This document shows, piece after piece, positions 1 to 9,945 of a stretch of 64,000 nucleotides of DNA (positions within the stretch are counted from its first letter, which is position 1; every line of letters begins with the position of its first letter). Under the pieces are notes generated by a model. The model made no database searches. It was not told the origin of the DNA and worked only from the letters and a program-made list of their open reading frames with translations. A program made the translations under genes and the position numbers. Source of the DNA: an uncultured virus (IMG/VR IMGVR_UViG_3300009785_002875). Its lineage: Duplodnaviria; Heunggongvirae; Uroviricota; Caudoviricetes. Where the stretch lies: IMG/VR virus record IMGVR_UViG_3300009785_002875. The stretch is one strand, 5' to 3'.

Positions 1-552
1 AAATATTCTACCGTCTTCAGGTGCTAAAGATGTGGTTTCTAAATCAAATACAAGTCTGTGAACATCATCATATTCTTCAAACCCTTTAAATAGTCTTTTT
101 CTTTTTTGTATTAAGTATTGTTCTATTGGTGGCAGTATTTGGATACTATCCCTATTATCCTCACCCCAAGGATTTAAACCGCCTTGTTTAAAAAAACTAA
201 CTAAATCCCTATACGATTTTGTTGTTTTAATTAAGTAAGTTAAACCTAACTCTAACCTTTTATCTTCTGCGGTCTCTAACTTATCAACAACGATACCATA
301 TTTGGTCATCGCGGCTTTTTGTTTGTGTTTGTCGTTTTGGTAAAAGTTTTTTTTACTTAGGTTACCAACCCAACAAAATGGGGTAAAAGTGTCGGTCTCA
401 ATAGTTTTACCCTTAACTGGGCATTCTTTAATCTTATATATTTTTCCAGTCCTATAACCATACTCTAAAGATACTATATATTTTTCTGGGTCTGAACCAT
501 GAAGGAATTCGTGGATTTCTTCGGTTGTTGCGTTTTTTAAATTATTTTTCAT
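1..552 (-). CDS. DNA polymerase family B, N-terminal part (runs off window start)
   Basis: Not in ORF track. ATG at 552, open to position 1: MKNNLKNATTEEIHEFLHGSDPEKYIVSLEY...QYLIQKRKRLFKGFEEYDDVHRLVFDLETTSL; ExoI motif FDLET. Confidence 0.75.
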   Translation of the reverse strand, partial: MKNNLKNATTEEIHEFLHGSDPEKYIVSLEYGYRTGKIYKIKECPVKGKTIETDTFTPFCWVGNLSKKNFYQNDKHKQKAAMTKYGIVVDKLETAEDKRLELGLTYLIKTTKSYRDLVSFFKQGGLNPWGEDNRDSIQILPPIEQYLIQKRKRLFKGFEEYDDVHRLVFDLETTSLAPEDGRIF

Positions 553-639
553 TATCGTTTGTATTATTAGCTTCGTGATTATCCACGAGTTTTACTTAAC
601 ATTCGATAAAAATATAATAAATTTTTGTTAAAATATCAA

Positions 640-1026
640 TTAACAATCACAAGAAGATTGTCCAAAAGAGTCGGTAATATTTACAAATAGGTCTTCCCTA
701 ATTGGGACAATTAGTTCAGTACAATCATCATGTAAAAATATGGAAAACATAGCTTGGTACCTACCCACTTTATTAACATCCTTTTTCCTCCACCTATAAT
801 ATATATAGTATTCAGTTGGTGAATTTTCTGACATTTTAAGTTTTTCAACTATCCCTCCTGGTTGATTTAGTATCTTATAGGTACCATCATTAAGGTTACG
901 CATGGAGAATTTTATAGAAGAATTAGAAAGTTTGTCGTGAAACGATTCAAAATCATTTCTACCATCTTTAACTAATTGCATCTTTAGTATTGGTTCTATA
1001 GAGTTTTTTCTAATAAAGAATTCCAT
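640..1026 (-). CDS. Putative baseplate/tail-associated structural protein (BppU-N-like beta domain)
   Basis: FFIRKNSIEPILKMQL...IKFSMRN...YRWRKKDVNKVGRYQAMF pattern; downstream of fibre-like genes. Confidence 0.45.
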   Translation of the reverse strand: MEFFIRKNSIEPILKMQLVKDGRNDFESFHDKLSNSSIKFSMRNLNDGTYKILNQPGGIVEKLKMSENSPTEYYIYYRWRKKDVNKVGRYQAMFSIFLHDDCTELIVPIREDLFVNITDSFGQSSCDC

Positions 1027-1037
1027 ATTATAATATT

Positions 1038-2033
1038 TTAATTAGCTGCACCATCCCCTTGGAAACGTACAGTTGCCCATTTCGTCCCACCAGTCCAAAC
1101 TCTTATATCACTACCATCCCATATCATAGTACCCTTACCATCAATCTTAGTTGAGGCAGACACAGCCGGCATAGCTGGTTCAGTACCACTACCACTTTTA
1201 TGTTGATATGGACTTTCAACTAAAGGTAACCTAAACCCTAACGGGTGGTCACCGGTACCCGATAACACAGCTAAAGCTGCTGAAGTATTGGTTGAGGCTG
1301 TGGTGTGTGTGTAGTAGGTATCTGTGGTTGCTGACGACTGTATTGTTATACCTGATTGTTGTGCTGTAAATAAATTTCCAGAACTACCAGCACTACCGTT
1401 ACCTATGGTAAATAACCCACTATATATATTTTTACTACCCACAGTAAAATATGTAGTACCTGAAGCTGTGGTACCACTACCAGCAGCAAAAGAATATTGA
1501 CCACTAGCTAAATTCTGACCACCTAAACTAAATGAAACTGGACCACTACTGGTATTACCACTACCAAAAGAAGTTGCTCCAGTGGAACTTGATGTGTTTC
1601 CTGTACCGAAAGATTGTGTAAACATCCCACTCGCGGTATTAGCTGAACCATATATTAATGTTGTTGTTCCTGAAGTTTTACCTCCAACCCAACCATTAGT
1701 ACCCTGCACATTAAGTCCAGGTTGTATGTAAACAGTACTATCCGTTAACCCACTTATAAGTCCTTGTATTCGTATGGCGGCTTGTGGTGAACCTAGTGAA
1801 GTGTACCCACCAGATAAAACGGTAACACCAGAATTAAATGTGGTGTTAGCTGAAAAAGTACCACCACTAGCGAAACCACCTACTTGGTGTACAAATCCTT
1901 CTGGGTTTTTAATATACAATTCGTATTTATTTTCACTATTAGTACCACTACTAGCGAATAAAGCTGTGTGTCCTGTTGGTGGGATTGCTATGTTATTTGG
2001 TTGTTCTGTTAAAAGTCTGATGTACGATGGCAT
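1038..2033 (-). CDS. Tail-fibre/adhesin-like protein with beta-roll (YadA-head-like) repeats
   Basis: ~14-aa periodic S(F)GxGNT(A/S)SG repeats; G/S/T-rich. Confidence 0.6.
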   Translation of the reverse strand: MPSYIRLLTEQPNNIAIPPTGHTALFASSGTNSENKYELYIKNPEGFVHQVGGFASGGTFSANTTFNSGVTVLSGGYTSLGSPQAAIRIQGLISGLTDSTVYIQPGLNVQGTNGWVGGKTSGTTTLIYGSANTASGMFTQSFGTGNTSSSTGATSFGSGNTSSGPVSFSLGGQNLASGQYSFAAGSGTTASGTTYFTVGSKNIYSGLFTIGNGSAGSSGNLFTAQQSGITIQSSATTDTYYTHTTASTNTSAALAVLSGTGDHPLGFRLPLVESPYQHKSGSGTEPAMPAVSASTKIDGKGTMIWDGSDIRVWTGGTKWATVRFQGDGAAN

Positions 2034-2091
2034 AATTTATTTTTTATTTTTATCATTTATATACTATATAATTATTTTGTTATTCATAAAA

Positions 2092-4272
2092 CTACTTGTA
2101 TAAGTTACCAATTAATATAATTGTTGCGTTTATATTACTATTCATTTTAATTATAACAACTTCTAGTGTGTCTGTAGGGTCCATATAGAATGGTGTATTT
2201 ACTTCTGTTGAGTTCTTATAGAACTTAACGTCACTGGCGTTTTCTTGTGTGTGAGACTGAAATCTTACACTATTATTATTGGTGTTAACAAACACGTTAT
2301 TGGAATCTGTAGCGAATATTGATTTTATATCTAGAGAATTACCTTCCCTAAAGTAAAGTGTTTGTGATTGGTTACATGATTTTTTGGTACAATCTTTTTG
2401 AAAGTCACAATCCACCAGAGAATACCTATCTTTATTAACCAAGAAATTATGGTATATAGAATCAGCTTGTAGTGGTTCGATATAATACCTCATTTGTGAT
2501 ATGCCTCCCATCCAAGAGCCAGCAAAATTCTTTTCTATTAGTAACCCTAAGTCTTTTGGGTCTTGTTGATATGGTGGGTTACCACCACAGTTTGTATCAC
2601 CAAACGTCATATTTTCATATAGCCCTTGTGACCCACCACCCCAAGACATATTAAATGGTACCCCAACTTGTAAGTCCCTATGTTGATTTAAAGCTCTTGG
2701 TATTATCTCTTCGAAATTTGGAACTTTTAGCACTCTTCTACCATTAACATACAGAGTTAGTGTTCCGGTCCTAAACTCTTCGTGTGCTAACCAAGTACCG
2801 TAAGGTGTACCGGCTGAAAAACAACAATTATCCGATGTTTGACCTGTGATTGTTGTTGAGTCGAAATCGTAGTACCCATCTTCCGGCACTAAAGGAAATT
2901 CATCAAAAGAATTATCACACCTACCACTCATTATTGGGGCAGAACTTATACCTGAGAATAGGTATAGTAAATCAAAAACACCACCCAAATTAAATTCAAC
3001 ACTACAACTACCCCCAGAAATTATGGGGTAGTCCCTTTCAAAGACCGCAGCCACATGTAACCAACTATTCTTACAAGTGTTACCAGAACTAACTAAACTA
3101 GGACAAATAACATCAGAATATTTTTCTTCTATTACATACCCACTGTTAAAGGTAGTACCCGTATTACAGGTTGTTCCGGTTGTTTCACAAGAACCAGTAA
3201 ATCGTAAAGCTCTATACCCCAATTTAAAATCTGGGGTTATCCTTAAACCGAACGCGTTCGAGTAAGTGTCGTGTGTTTGTGACGATAGGGTAATTGTTGT
3301 AGCTGTACCACCTGTCACCGTATTTAATGGGGAAAGACTCCCAACCGCTGGCCCTAACGTATTACCACTTATAGTGCCTAAACAACAGTTAAGTCCTGAC
3401 ATACTAGTACAACCACTTTCTGTTATAAATTCAGAATGAAACTTATTTTCAGCTCTAGTACCCGCGTAGTAAAAGAACCCAGAATTGTTATAATACTCAT
3501 CATTTAAACTTTTATCGTCACCACATAAATTACTAACAATAGAAAAACAACTACCACTAGTATCGCCAGTAGTTCTAAGTTTTAAAAACGTTTCCATTGA
3601 CCAACCATTTTCTGGTCTAACTGGTAATATGGAATATGGGTATCCGTACAATTTATAGAATCCTTGGTAAAAACCCCCATTTAGTTCTTGATAATAACCA
3701 GAACTATCAGTAGCTGAACTAATCGTATATTTTACACCGTTTGGGCTATATGATGACGCACTTACTTGGTGCATTTTCATATTTTCACCATAAGCTAGTG
3801 GGTGAAATTTTAAACTAGTTGGTAAATTTTTATATAGTTTTATTGGACCGTTGCCTTGTGTCATTCCAGTTACTAAACCATTATCAATTCCAGTTAAATT
3901 TATGTTTGGTACGGAAAATGTACCTTCTGTGGTGGAGGTATATGGACAGTCACAACCAACTAAGGCTGCAGGCCAAGAATTTAAACTAACTACAGATTGT
4001 GGGGTGCCGCTATATACGTTATTTTGATAACTGTCTTGTGTTGTATCACACATACCTGTTAGTGTTGGTTGTTGTGAACTTTCTGTAGAATTTAAATCAA
4101 ACAATACTGGTAATATATCACCATTATTATAAGCGATAACATTATCCGAATACACAACTTCGGTGTTGTAATTTTTTTCATCTGAAGCTAAATAAAAATC
4201 ATAATAACTACTATAATTTATTTTAGCGTCTAATTTGTTAAAGTAATAATTTAATAAATTTTGTGTTCCCAT
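2092..4272 (-). CDS. Virion structural protein, LamG/concanavalin-A-like, Cys-rich
   Basis: WLHVAAVF...GTLTLYVNG...WMGGISQMRYY LamG-like strands; late motif upstream. Confidence 0.55.
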   Translation of the reverse strand: MGTQNLLNYYFNKLDAKINYSSYYDFYLASDEKNYNTEVVYSDNVIAYNNGDILPVLFDLNSTESSQQPTLTGMCDTTQDSYQNNVYSGTPQSVVSLNSWPAALVGCDCPYTSTTEGTFSVPNINLTGIDNGLVTGMTQGNGPIKLYKNLPTSLKFHPLAYGENMKMHQVSASSYSPNGVKYTISSATDSSGYYQELNGGFYQGFYKLYGYPYSILPVRPENGWSMETFLKLRTTGDTSGSCFSIVSNLCGDDKSLNDEYYNNSGFFYYAGTRAENKFHSEFITESGCTSMSGLNCCLGTISGNTLGPAVGSLSPLNTVTGGTATTITLSSQTHDTYSNAFGLRITPDFKLGYRALRFTGSCETTGTTCNTGTTFNSGYVIEEKYSDVICPSLVSSGNTCKNSWLHVAAVFERDYPIISGGSCSVEFNLGGVFDLLYLFSGISSAPIMSGRCDNSFDEFPLVPEDGYYDFDSTTITGQTSDNCCFSAGTPYGTWLAHEEFRTGTLTLYVNGRRVLKVPNFEEIIPRALNQHRDLQVGVPFNMSWGGGSQGLYENMTFGDTNCGGNPPYQQDPKDLGLLIEKNFAGSWMGGISQMRYYIEPLQADSIYHNFLVNKDRYSLVDCDFQKDCTKKSCNQSQTLYFREGNSLDIKSIFATDSNNVFVNTNNNSVRFQSHTQENASDVKFYKNSTEVNTPFYMDPTDTLEVVIIKMNSNINATIILIGNLYK

Positions 4273-4276
4273 TGAT

Positions 4277-4311
4277 TATAAATATCATTACGCAACAACT
4301 TAATATTTATA
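4277..4311. promoter_or_regulatory. Divergent pair of TATTTATA late-promoter motifs
   Basis: TATTTATA on the minus strand at 4277-4284 (4 nt before ATG 4272) and on the plus strand at 4304-4311 (before 4330). Confidence 0.65.
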
Positions 4312-4329
4312 TATAAAGAATATTTAATT

Positions 4330-5196
4330 ATGTCAAAAAAAGAACCTATAGTAATATATCAAAAAGATATGGACAAACTACACAAAAGAGGTAATGTAAC
4401 GATAGATGATATGTTATTAGTTTATCAAACTGACCCTGAATTACCAACTAAAAAAGACACTGAAGAAGAAATAGAAGAGGGGAAATTATGGGATTGGTTA
4501 AAACCAAAAGTTGAATGTTGTCGGAAACTAAAGCCATGTTGTCCGTTATCTAAGAAAGATGTAGAAGGAAAATCAGCAAAGGAAATTGAAAAAATGTTAA
4601 AATCAAAACACCCCAAAAAAAACTCCTTAAGTAAGAATTCAGAAGAGGAGTTGGATGAGTTGGTGGGTTATGATGGTTCGATTAATAGTAGTGCTATACC
4701 TGATGGTTGGGAAAATAATAAAACCATATCAGCTCGTAAAACAACTGACGCGACAATACCTATGTCTAGAGGTGCTGGTATGGGTTCTGGTGCTATGGGA
4801 ATGGCTAGAAGGTTTTGGTTAGAGGAGACTAAGGATTTAGAGGAGGAGGATATGAGTGTTGTGTTAGGGTTTGACGAAACTATGTATATGGATGGTGACG
4901 AAACTATAGAATACTTTAAAGATGAACACGATATGGATAGTGAGGAGGCTAAAGAAAGAACTAACTCTATGGGTAAAAGTGAAGAATCTGAGGTTCAAAG
5001 GATTGTGGAGGATGATGAAATAATTAAGATGTTGGAGATTATACTAAATAAACAGGATGGTGATTTGGGTGTTCAAAGCCCTGACGATAGTATTGAGGAC
5101 AGTATGTTGGATAGGAAGATAAGACATATCGCTAAGTACGCGAAGAGTAGAGGTTATAATATGGGTAGTGTAATTAACAAATTTAAAAATGAATAG
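4330..5196 (+). CDS. Hypothetical acidic protein, likely head-internal
   Basis: 288-aa ORF with several (L/I)xE sites and a CC..CC cluster. Confidence 0.6.
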   Translation: MSKKEPIVIYQKDMDKLHKRGNVTIDDMLLVYQTDPELPTKKDTEEEIEEGKLWDWLKPKVECCRKLKPCCPLSKKDVEGKSAKEIEKMLKSKHPKKNSLSKNSEEELDELVGYDGSINSSAIPDGWENNKTISARKTTDATIPMSRGAGMGSGAMGMARRFWLEETKDLEEEDMSVVLGFDETMYMDGDETIEYFKDEHDMDSEEAKERTNSMGKSEESEVQRIVEDDEIIKMLEIILNKQDGDLGVQSPDDSIEDSMLDRKIRHIAKYAKSRGYNMGSVINKFKNE

Positions 5197-5656
5197 CACA
5201 CTTAAAAATGATTTCTATAGAATACCAGACGAATTACTAGATATTTTAATTAAAAATTTAAAATCTTCTGGTAGTGAAGTTAGTGGATATGGTAGACTTA
5301 AGACTCTGTGTTCTAACAAAGGTGTGAATTATGGACAAGCTAAAAAGATTAAGCATGAGATGGAAGGTGATATGGACCCCTCAGTTTTTAAGTTAGTTGG
5401 TGGGGATGAAATGATTACTTGGTTAAATGATAAGTTGGGTAGGGAGAGGGATATTGTGGATACCACAAAACGTAGAAAAATGGATGCTGGATTAAAAAAT
5501 CAATTTAAAAAAACCCACAACAAAGATAAAAATAAAAACCCAACTAAAGTTAATCTAGCTGGAACACAAAAAACCTCAGACGAAATATTTAATAATAGAG
5601 TAGTTTATGAACAAGTCTCTAGAATTAGAGAAATAATTAAAAAAATAATAATTTAA
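5189..5656 (+). CDS. Hypothetical protein
   Basis: Overlaps the previous gene; C-terminal VYEQVSRIREIIKK motif. Confidence 0.6.
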   Translation: MNSTLKNDFYRIPDELLDILIKNLKSSGSEVSGYGRLKTLCSNKGVNYGQAKKIKHEMEGDMDPSVFKLVGGDEMITWLNDKLGRERDIVDTTKRRKMDAGLKNQFKKTHNKDKNKNPTKVNLAGTQKTSDEIFNNRVVYEQVSRIREIIKKIII

Positions 5657-5657
5657 A

Positions 5658-6005
5658 ATGCCAGACTTTAACCAAAAAAAACCAGGAGAACAATTAACAA
5701 ACGTTTCAGCTAGTGAAAGAGAAAAACTAATTAGTAGAAATATGTATAAGAGTAAAGACACTTATAACACATCACACCCCAACGCTAAATCAGACGGTGA
5801 CCCAAAAGGAAAGGGTAATGCTAAATATTTAAGTGTTTATGATGAAAACACCGGTGGTAGTGTAGACATACTGGGGAATGGTGAATCAAACACTGGACGT
5901 AACGGCAATCTAAAAACCAACCTATATGGTAGAGCAAACGAATATTCTTCTGGTAATTTAGATACCGGTACTGGGTACTCACCAACAGTAACTGAACCAA
6001 GATAG
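5658..6005 (+). CDS. Hypothetical protein
   Basis: 115-aa ORF with operon spacing. Confidence 0.6.
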   Translation: MPDFNQKKPGEQLTNVSASEREKLISRNMYKSKDTYNTSHPNAKSDGDPKGKGNAKYLSVYDENTGGSVDILGNGESNTGRNGNLKTNLYGRANEYSSGNLDTGTGYSPTVTEPR

Positions 6006-6010
6006 TCCAA

Positions 6011-6409
6011 ATGAAACTTTACAATATCATATCAGACATTATACTTGAGCAAGCATCTTTCGATAACCAAATAATTGATGCTATAAAAAATAAACATACT
6101 TGTGATATGGAATATAATGATGATAGTAGTATTGGCCCAGGTAAAAGAGTAATAGAACCCGTAGCTTTAGGATATTCTAAAAGAAACAATAAAGTTCTTA
6201 GAGCTTACCAAACATCCGGCCCATCTTTAAAGGTGAATGAAGAAGGAATACCTTTACCAGACTGGAGGTTGTTTAGATTAGATAGAATTAACAGCATCAA
6301 ACCTAAACAAGGTGAGGATTCATTATTTAAAACCTTTACTGAACCTCCATCATTTAACCCTTTTGGGGATAAGTCTATGGTAAGAATGTTAATTAATTCA
6401 AAATTTTAA
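6011..6409 (+). CDS. Stand-alone WYL-domain protein
   Basis: RVIEPVALGY...LRAYQ...WRLFRLDRI; no HTH or WCX domain. Confidence 0.8.
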   Translation: MKLYNIISDIILEQASFDNQIIDAIKNKHTCDMEYNDDSSIGPGKRVIEPVALGYSKRNNKVLRAYQTSGPSLKVNEEGIPLPDWRLFRLDRINSIKPKQGEDSLFKTFTEPPSFNPFGDKSMVRMLINSKF

Positions 6410-6413
6410 AACT

Positions 6414-7037
6414 ATGAGTGGATTCGAGAATTTACAACAAAAACTAGTTCAAGCAAAAGCTGTGATGGATAGGGTTGATGGTACACCGTCTAATATGAAA
6501 AACGTACAACGTAATGTGTCGGAATCGTCTAACCCTAATTTACCACCCATATCTAATAATTTTAATAGTCAAAGTATTGATAACGTAATACAGTCAAACA
6601 CTAATATGGCTAGACCTAAAATTACAGAAGATAGAGTTAGGAGTTCGAACTTACCAGACGCTATAAAAAAACTTATGATTGACCATCCAATACCCGAAGT
6701 TTCTTTTGGTAATCAGATACCGGATTCTTTAATCGAGGGGGCGGCTAAAAAGATGAAGTCGCTGTCTGGGGTTGGTTCGGGTGGGAGTAACGAAACTACC
6801 ACCAATAACAACACCAACAATAGTAGTATAAAACAACCTAACAAATCTCAAAAACTCACACAAACTGGTTTAAAATCTTTAATTAGGGAGACTATAAAGG
6901 ACTCTCTAGGTGATTTAATAGATGAGGCTATTTCTGAAAGACTGACAAAATCTAGTAAAATTAACGAATCAATTAAAATTGTTGTCGGTGGCAGTGTTTT
7001 TGAAGGGAGAATATCATCAACAAAAAAATTAAATTAA
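6414..7037 (+). CDS. Hypothetical protein
   Basis: 207-aa ORF; LKSLIRETIKD and KINES motifs. Confidence 0.6.
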   Translation: MSGFENLQQKLVQAKAVMDRVDGTPSNMKNVQRNVSESSNPNLPPISNNFNSQSIDNVIQSNTNMARPKITEDRVRSSNLPDAIKKLMIDHPIPEVSFGNQIPDSLIEGAAKKMKSLSGVGSGGSNETTTNNNTNNSSIKQPNKSQKLTQTGLKSLIRETIKDSLGDLIDEAISERLTKSSKINESIKIVVGGSVFEGRISSTKKLN

Positions 7038-7090
7038 ATTAGCCTTTACGTACCTTTGACTATCTAAGTTGTTAATCTTATTATTTCAAC

Positions 7091-8326
7091 ATGGATAAAT
7101 CAAAATATAAAATTTTAGTAGTGCCTAGTGATAGGACTGGTGTTAGTAAATTTAGGTCTATAGACCCCCACATTCACCTTCAAAAAATGTACCCGGAGGA
7201 GTTTTGGGTTGATGTAGATTACCAACCAAAACTAGAGGATGAGACTTGGTTAAAACAGTATGATTTGGTTCACTACCATAGGTCTTTAGGTGGTGATTTC
7301 GGTAGGTCTCACGAAGCTGTTAAAAGATTAAAGAAATTAGGGATACCATCTATTTGTGATTTAGACGATTATTGGGCACCTACCGTGGACCACCCAGCTT
7401 ACCAAATTGTCAAACAACATAATCTAGACCACCACATTAAAGAAAGTTTAAAAGTTGCTCAAAATGTAACAACAACTACCGAAGTGTTCGCTCAAGAAAT
7501 GAAAGGGTTTTGTGATAATATATTTGTATTACCAAACGCAATTAACCCTAGAGAAAAACAATTCCAACCCAAAAAAATTGATAGTAATAATGTTCGTATC
7601 GGTTGGTTAGGTGGTTCTTCTCATTTAGGTGATTTGGAAATATTACGTGGGTTATCCGGTAGGTTACATGCGTCACATAAAGATAAATTTAAATTCATTT
7701 TGTGTGGTTACGATTTAAGGGGTAATATAACTATGATTAACCCAGAAACTAACGAGTCAAGTGTTAGAGAAATAGAACCTCACGAATCTGTGTGGTACCT
7801 TTTTGAAAAGTTATTTACTGACGACTTTAAGTCACTACCAAAAGAATACTCCGATTTTTTACATAAGTTTAAGAAAGGTACTTGGGTTGGGGAGGAGGAG
7901 TCAGCTTATAAACGAGTTTGGACCAAACCTATCACAACTTACGCGTCTAACTACAATAATTTTGACATTTCTTTGGCTCCACTTAAAGAACATATGTTCA
8001 ATAAAGTTAAGTCTCAGTTAAAGGTTATTGAAGCTGGGTTCCATAAAAAAGCTTTAATCGCTCAAAATTATGGACCATATCAAATAGATTGTGTACACGC
8101 TTTAGATAAGGGTGGTGGATTCAACTCTAAGGGTAACTCTTTATTGGTTGACACCCACAAAAACCACAAGCAATGGTACCAATACACCAAAAAATTAATA
8201 GATAATCCGTCCTGGGTGGAGGATTTAGGTGAAAGGTTATACGAGACTATAGCACCTAAATACCACATAGATGTGGTTACAGAAAATAGAGCTGAACTCT
8301 ATAGGGAGTTAATAAGAAAATCATAA
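7091..8326 (+). CDS. Glycosyltransferase, GT-B/GT4-like
   Basis: DLDDYW, IGWLGGSSH, DISLAPL..FNKVKSQLKVIEAG motifs; TACCTTTG at 7051-7058. Confidence 0.8.
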   Translation: MDKSKYKILVVPSDRTGVSKFRSIDPHIHLQKMYPEEFWVDVDYQPKLEDETWLKQYDLVHYHRSLGGDFGRSHEAVKRLKKLGIPSICDLDDYWAPTVDHPAYQIVKQHNLDHHIKESLKVAQNVTTTTEVFAQEMKGFCDNIFVLPNAINPREKQFQPKKIDSNNVRIGWLGGSSHLGDLEILRGLSGRLHASHKDKFKFILCGYDLRGNITMINPETNESSVREIEPHESVWYLFEKLFTDDFKSLPKEYSDFLHKFKKGTWVGEEESAYKRVWTKPITTYASNYNNFDISLAPLKEHMFNKVKSQLKVIEAGFHKKALIAQNYGPYQIDCVHALDKGGGFNSKGNSLLVDTHKNHKQWYQYTKKLIDNPSWVEDLGERLYETIAPKYHIDVVTENRAELYRELIRKS

Positions 8327-8340
8327 AAAAATTAAAAAAA

Positions 8341-8769
8341 ATGGCAGAAGTAGTAATTAATGACAAAGTAAAGACCCACGAAGAGGGTACTCATAGATAT
8401 AACGGAAGTTATAATGGGAAAGAATTCAAAACTAGCATGGAAGATATGAACGACGATAGAAAACTTCGTTATATTGAAGGTGAAGACAGTTTCAACGAAG
8501 AAGAAAAGGCTGTAATCTACCAACAGTTAGATGAAATGACTTATATTAGACCTGACGAAAAAGGTGATGGGAATAATGTAATTGTGGAAAAGGACTGGGA
8601 GGACTGGTGGGCTTTTAAGTTTGAGTCTTATGGTTCTTATGGTGAACACAAATTTGTGGTATTAGAAGAGAGTGACGACAATGGTGGTGAGGATACTTTT
8701 GTAGAGGGTGAGGAAAATTTCACTGAAGAAGAAAAAGAATTAATATACGAAGCGGTTAACGAGTACTAA
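8341..8769 (+). CDS. Acidic hypothetical protein with a duplicated domain
   Basis: YIEGEDSFNEEEKAVIY and FVEGEENFTEEEKELIY. Confidence 0.65.
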   Translation: MAEVVINDKVKTHEEGTHRYNGSYNGKEFKTSMEDMNDDRKLRYIEGEDSFNEEEKAVIYQQLDEMTYIRPDEKGDGNNVIVEKDWEDWWAFKFESYGSYGEHKFVVLEESDDNGGEDTFVEGEENFTEEEKELIYEAVNEY

Positions 8770-8770
8770 T

Positions 8771-8875
8771 ATGGATGTGATTTATACTGTAATAATGTTA
8801 GGGGTTGGGTTGGTTATAGGTATGTACGTAACATCTCAGATAGGAGAACACATTGATAAAAATATTAAAAAATGA
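8771..8875 (+). CDS. Small membrane protein (34 aa)
   Basis: Not in track; MDVIYTVIMLGVGLVIGMYVTSQIGEHIDKNIKK; ATGA overlap with next gene. Confidence 0.55.
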   Translation: MDVIYTVIMLGVGLVIGMYVTSQIGEHIDKNIKK

Positions 8876-9033
8876 CTATAGTAGCACAAATATTTGGGAT
8901 GACCTTTGTGGCGATAATATTACTATGTTTAGTATGGACTGTAATGAGTTACATTTTTTCAAGTGAATCTAGAGATAGGAATAAAAAGTTATTAGATAAT
9001 ATGGAAGAGTTTGGTAAAAGAACTAAAAAATGA
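8872..9033 (+). CDS. Small membrane protein (53 aa)
   Basis: Not in track; MTIVAQIFGMTFVAIILLCLVWTVMSYIF...; ATGA overlaps at both ends. Confidence 0.6.
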   Translation: MTIVAQIFGMTFVAIILLCLVWTVMSYIFSSESRDRNKKLLDNMEEFGKRTKK

Positions 9034-9284
9034 TAGAGAGTAAATTGCCAGAATGGTTTACAGGAGAGTTATATGAAGAAGGGGGTGTGGTTAGTAATAG
9101 ATTTTCAGGTGGTGAAATGGAACTAACGGCTAAGGAATTATCAATGTATGATTTTATTATGGGGGCAACAATGATGACGGAAATGAATATGAAGTACGAC
9201 ACCCAAATGATTGCCGACCTACGAAAAGGTCTGGTGTGGTTCAAAGAGAATAATAGCAAGGCTTATATGGTCTTATTAGATTAA
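9030..9284 (+). CDS. Hypothetical phage protein
   Basis: 84-aa ORF ending AYMVLLD. Confidence 0.65.
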   Translation: MIESKLPEWFTGELYEEGGVVSNRFSGGEMELTAKELSMYDFIMGATMMTEMNMKYDTQMIADLRKGLVWFKENNSKAYMVLLD

Positions 9285-9303
9285 TAATTAAAAAAAAAGA
9301 AAA

Positions 9304-9738
9304 ATGAATAAAGTAAAAAATGGAGATAAGGTAAAAGTGCATTACACCGGTACTTTAAATGGTGGTGAAAAATTTGATAGTTCCCATGATAGGGGTAAAA
9401 CTCTTGATTTTCAGGTTGGTGAGGGGAAAATGATAAAGGGGTTTGATAAGGCCTTATTGGAGATGGAGGTTGGTCAAACAAAAAAAATTAGTCTAAAACC
9501 TTCAGACGCTTATGGTGATGTAAAAACTGAGGCAATCCAGGAAGTACCAAATACTGAATTCCCAAAAGATTTTAAACTAATTAAAGGGGAAACAATTGAG
9601 GGTCGTACCGAATCTGGACAACCTATGAGAGCTACAATAAAGGAGGTTAAGGATGATTCGGTTATTTTAGATATGAATCACCCACTTGCTGGTAAAGAGT
9701 TAGACTTCGAGATTGAGTTGGTTGAGGTTGTAGAATAA
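9304..9738 (+). CDS. FKBP-type peptidyl-prolyl isomerase (SlyD/FkpB-like)
   Basis: VKVHYTGTL..GEKFDSS, MIKGFD, DMNHPLAGKELDFEIELV. Confidence 0.93.
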   Translation: MNKVKNGDKVKVHYTGTLNGGEKFDSSHDRGKTLDFQVGEGKMIKGFDKALLEMEVGQTKKISLKPSDAYGDVKTEAIQEVPNTEFPKDFKLIKGETIEGRTESGQPMRATIKEVKDDSVILDMNHPLAGKELDFEIELVEVVE

Positions 9739-9761
9739 ATTAAAAACTAACAAAAAAGAAA

Positions 9762-9941
9762 ATGTCAGTAGAAATTAATATTATGGAAAATGGACCAATC
9801 TTGGTCAAAGGAGAAACCACAGTAACAAAAGGTGGGGAAAAAATAATAGTAGGTGAAAATTATGCGTTGTGTAGATGTGGAGAATCCAAGAATCAACCAA
9901 TGTGTGATGGAACACATAAATCATGTAATTTTAAAGGATAA
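9762..9941 (+). CDS. CDGSH-type iron-sulfur domain protein (59 aa)
   Basis: Not in track; MSVEINIMENGPILVKG...YALCRCGESKNQPMCDGTHKSCNFKG. Confidence 0.88.
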   Translation: MSVEINIMENGPILVKGETTVTKGGEKIIVGENYALCRCGESKNQPMCDGTHKSCNFKG

Positions 9942-9945
9942 AAAT

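Noticed and set aside
9853..9945. N-terminal extension of the 9853-10176 ORF
   Set aside because: Overlaps the CDGSH gene in another frame; ATG 9946 is the better start.
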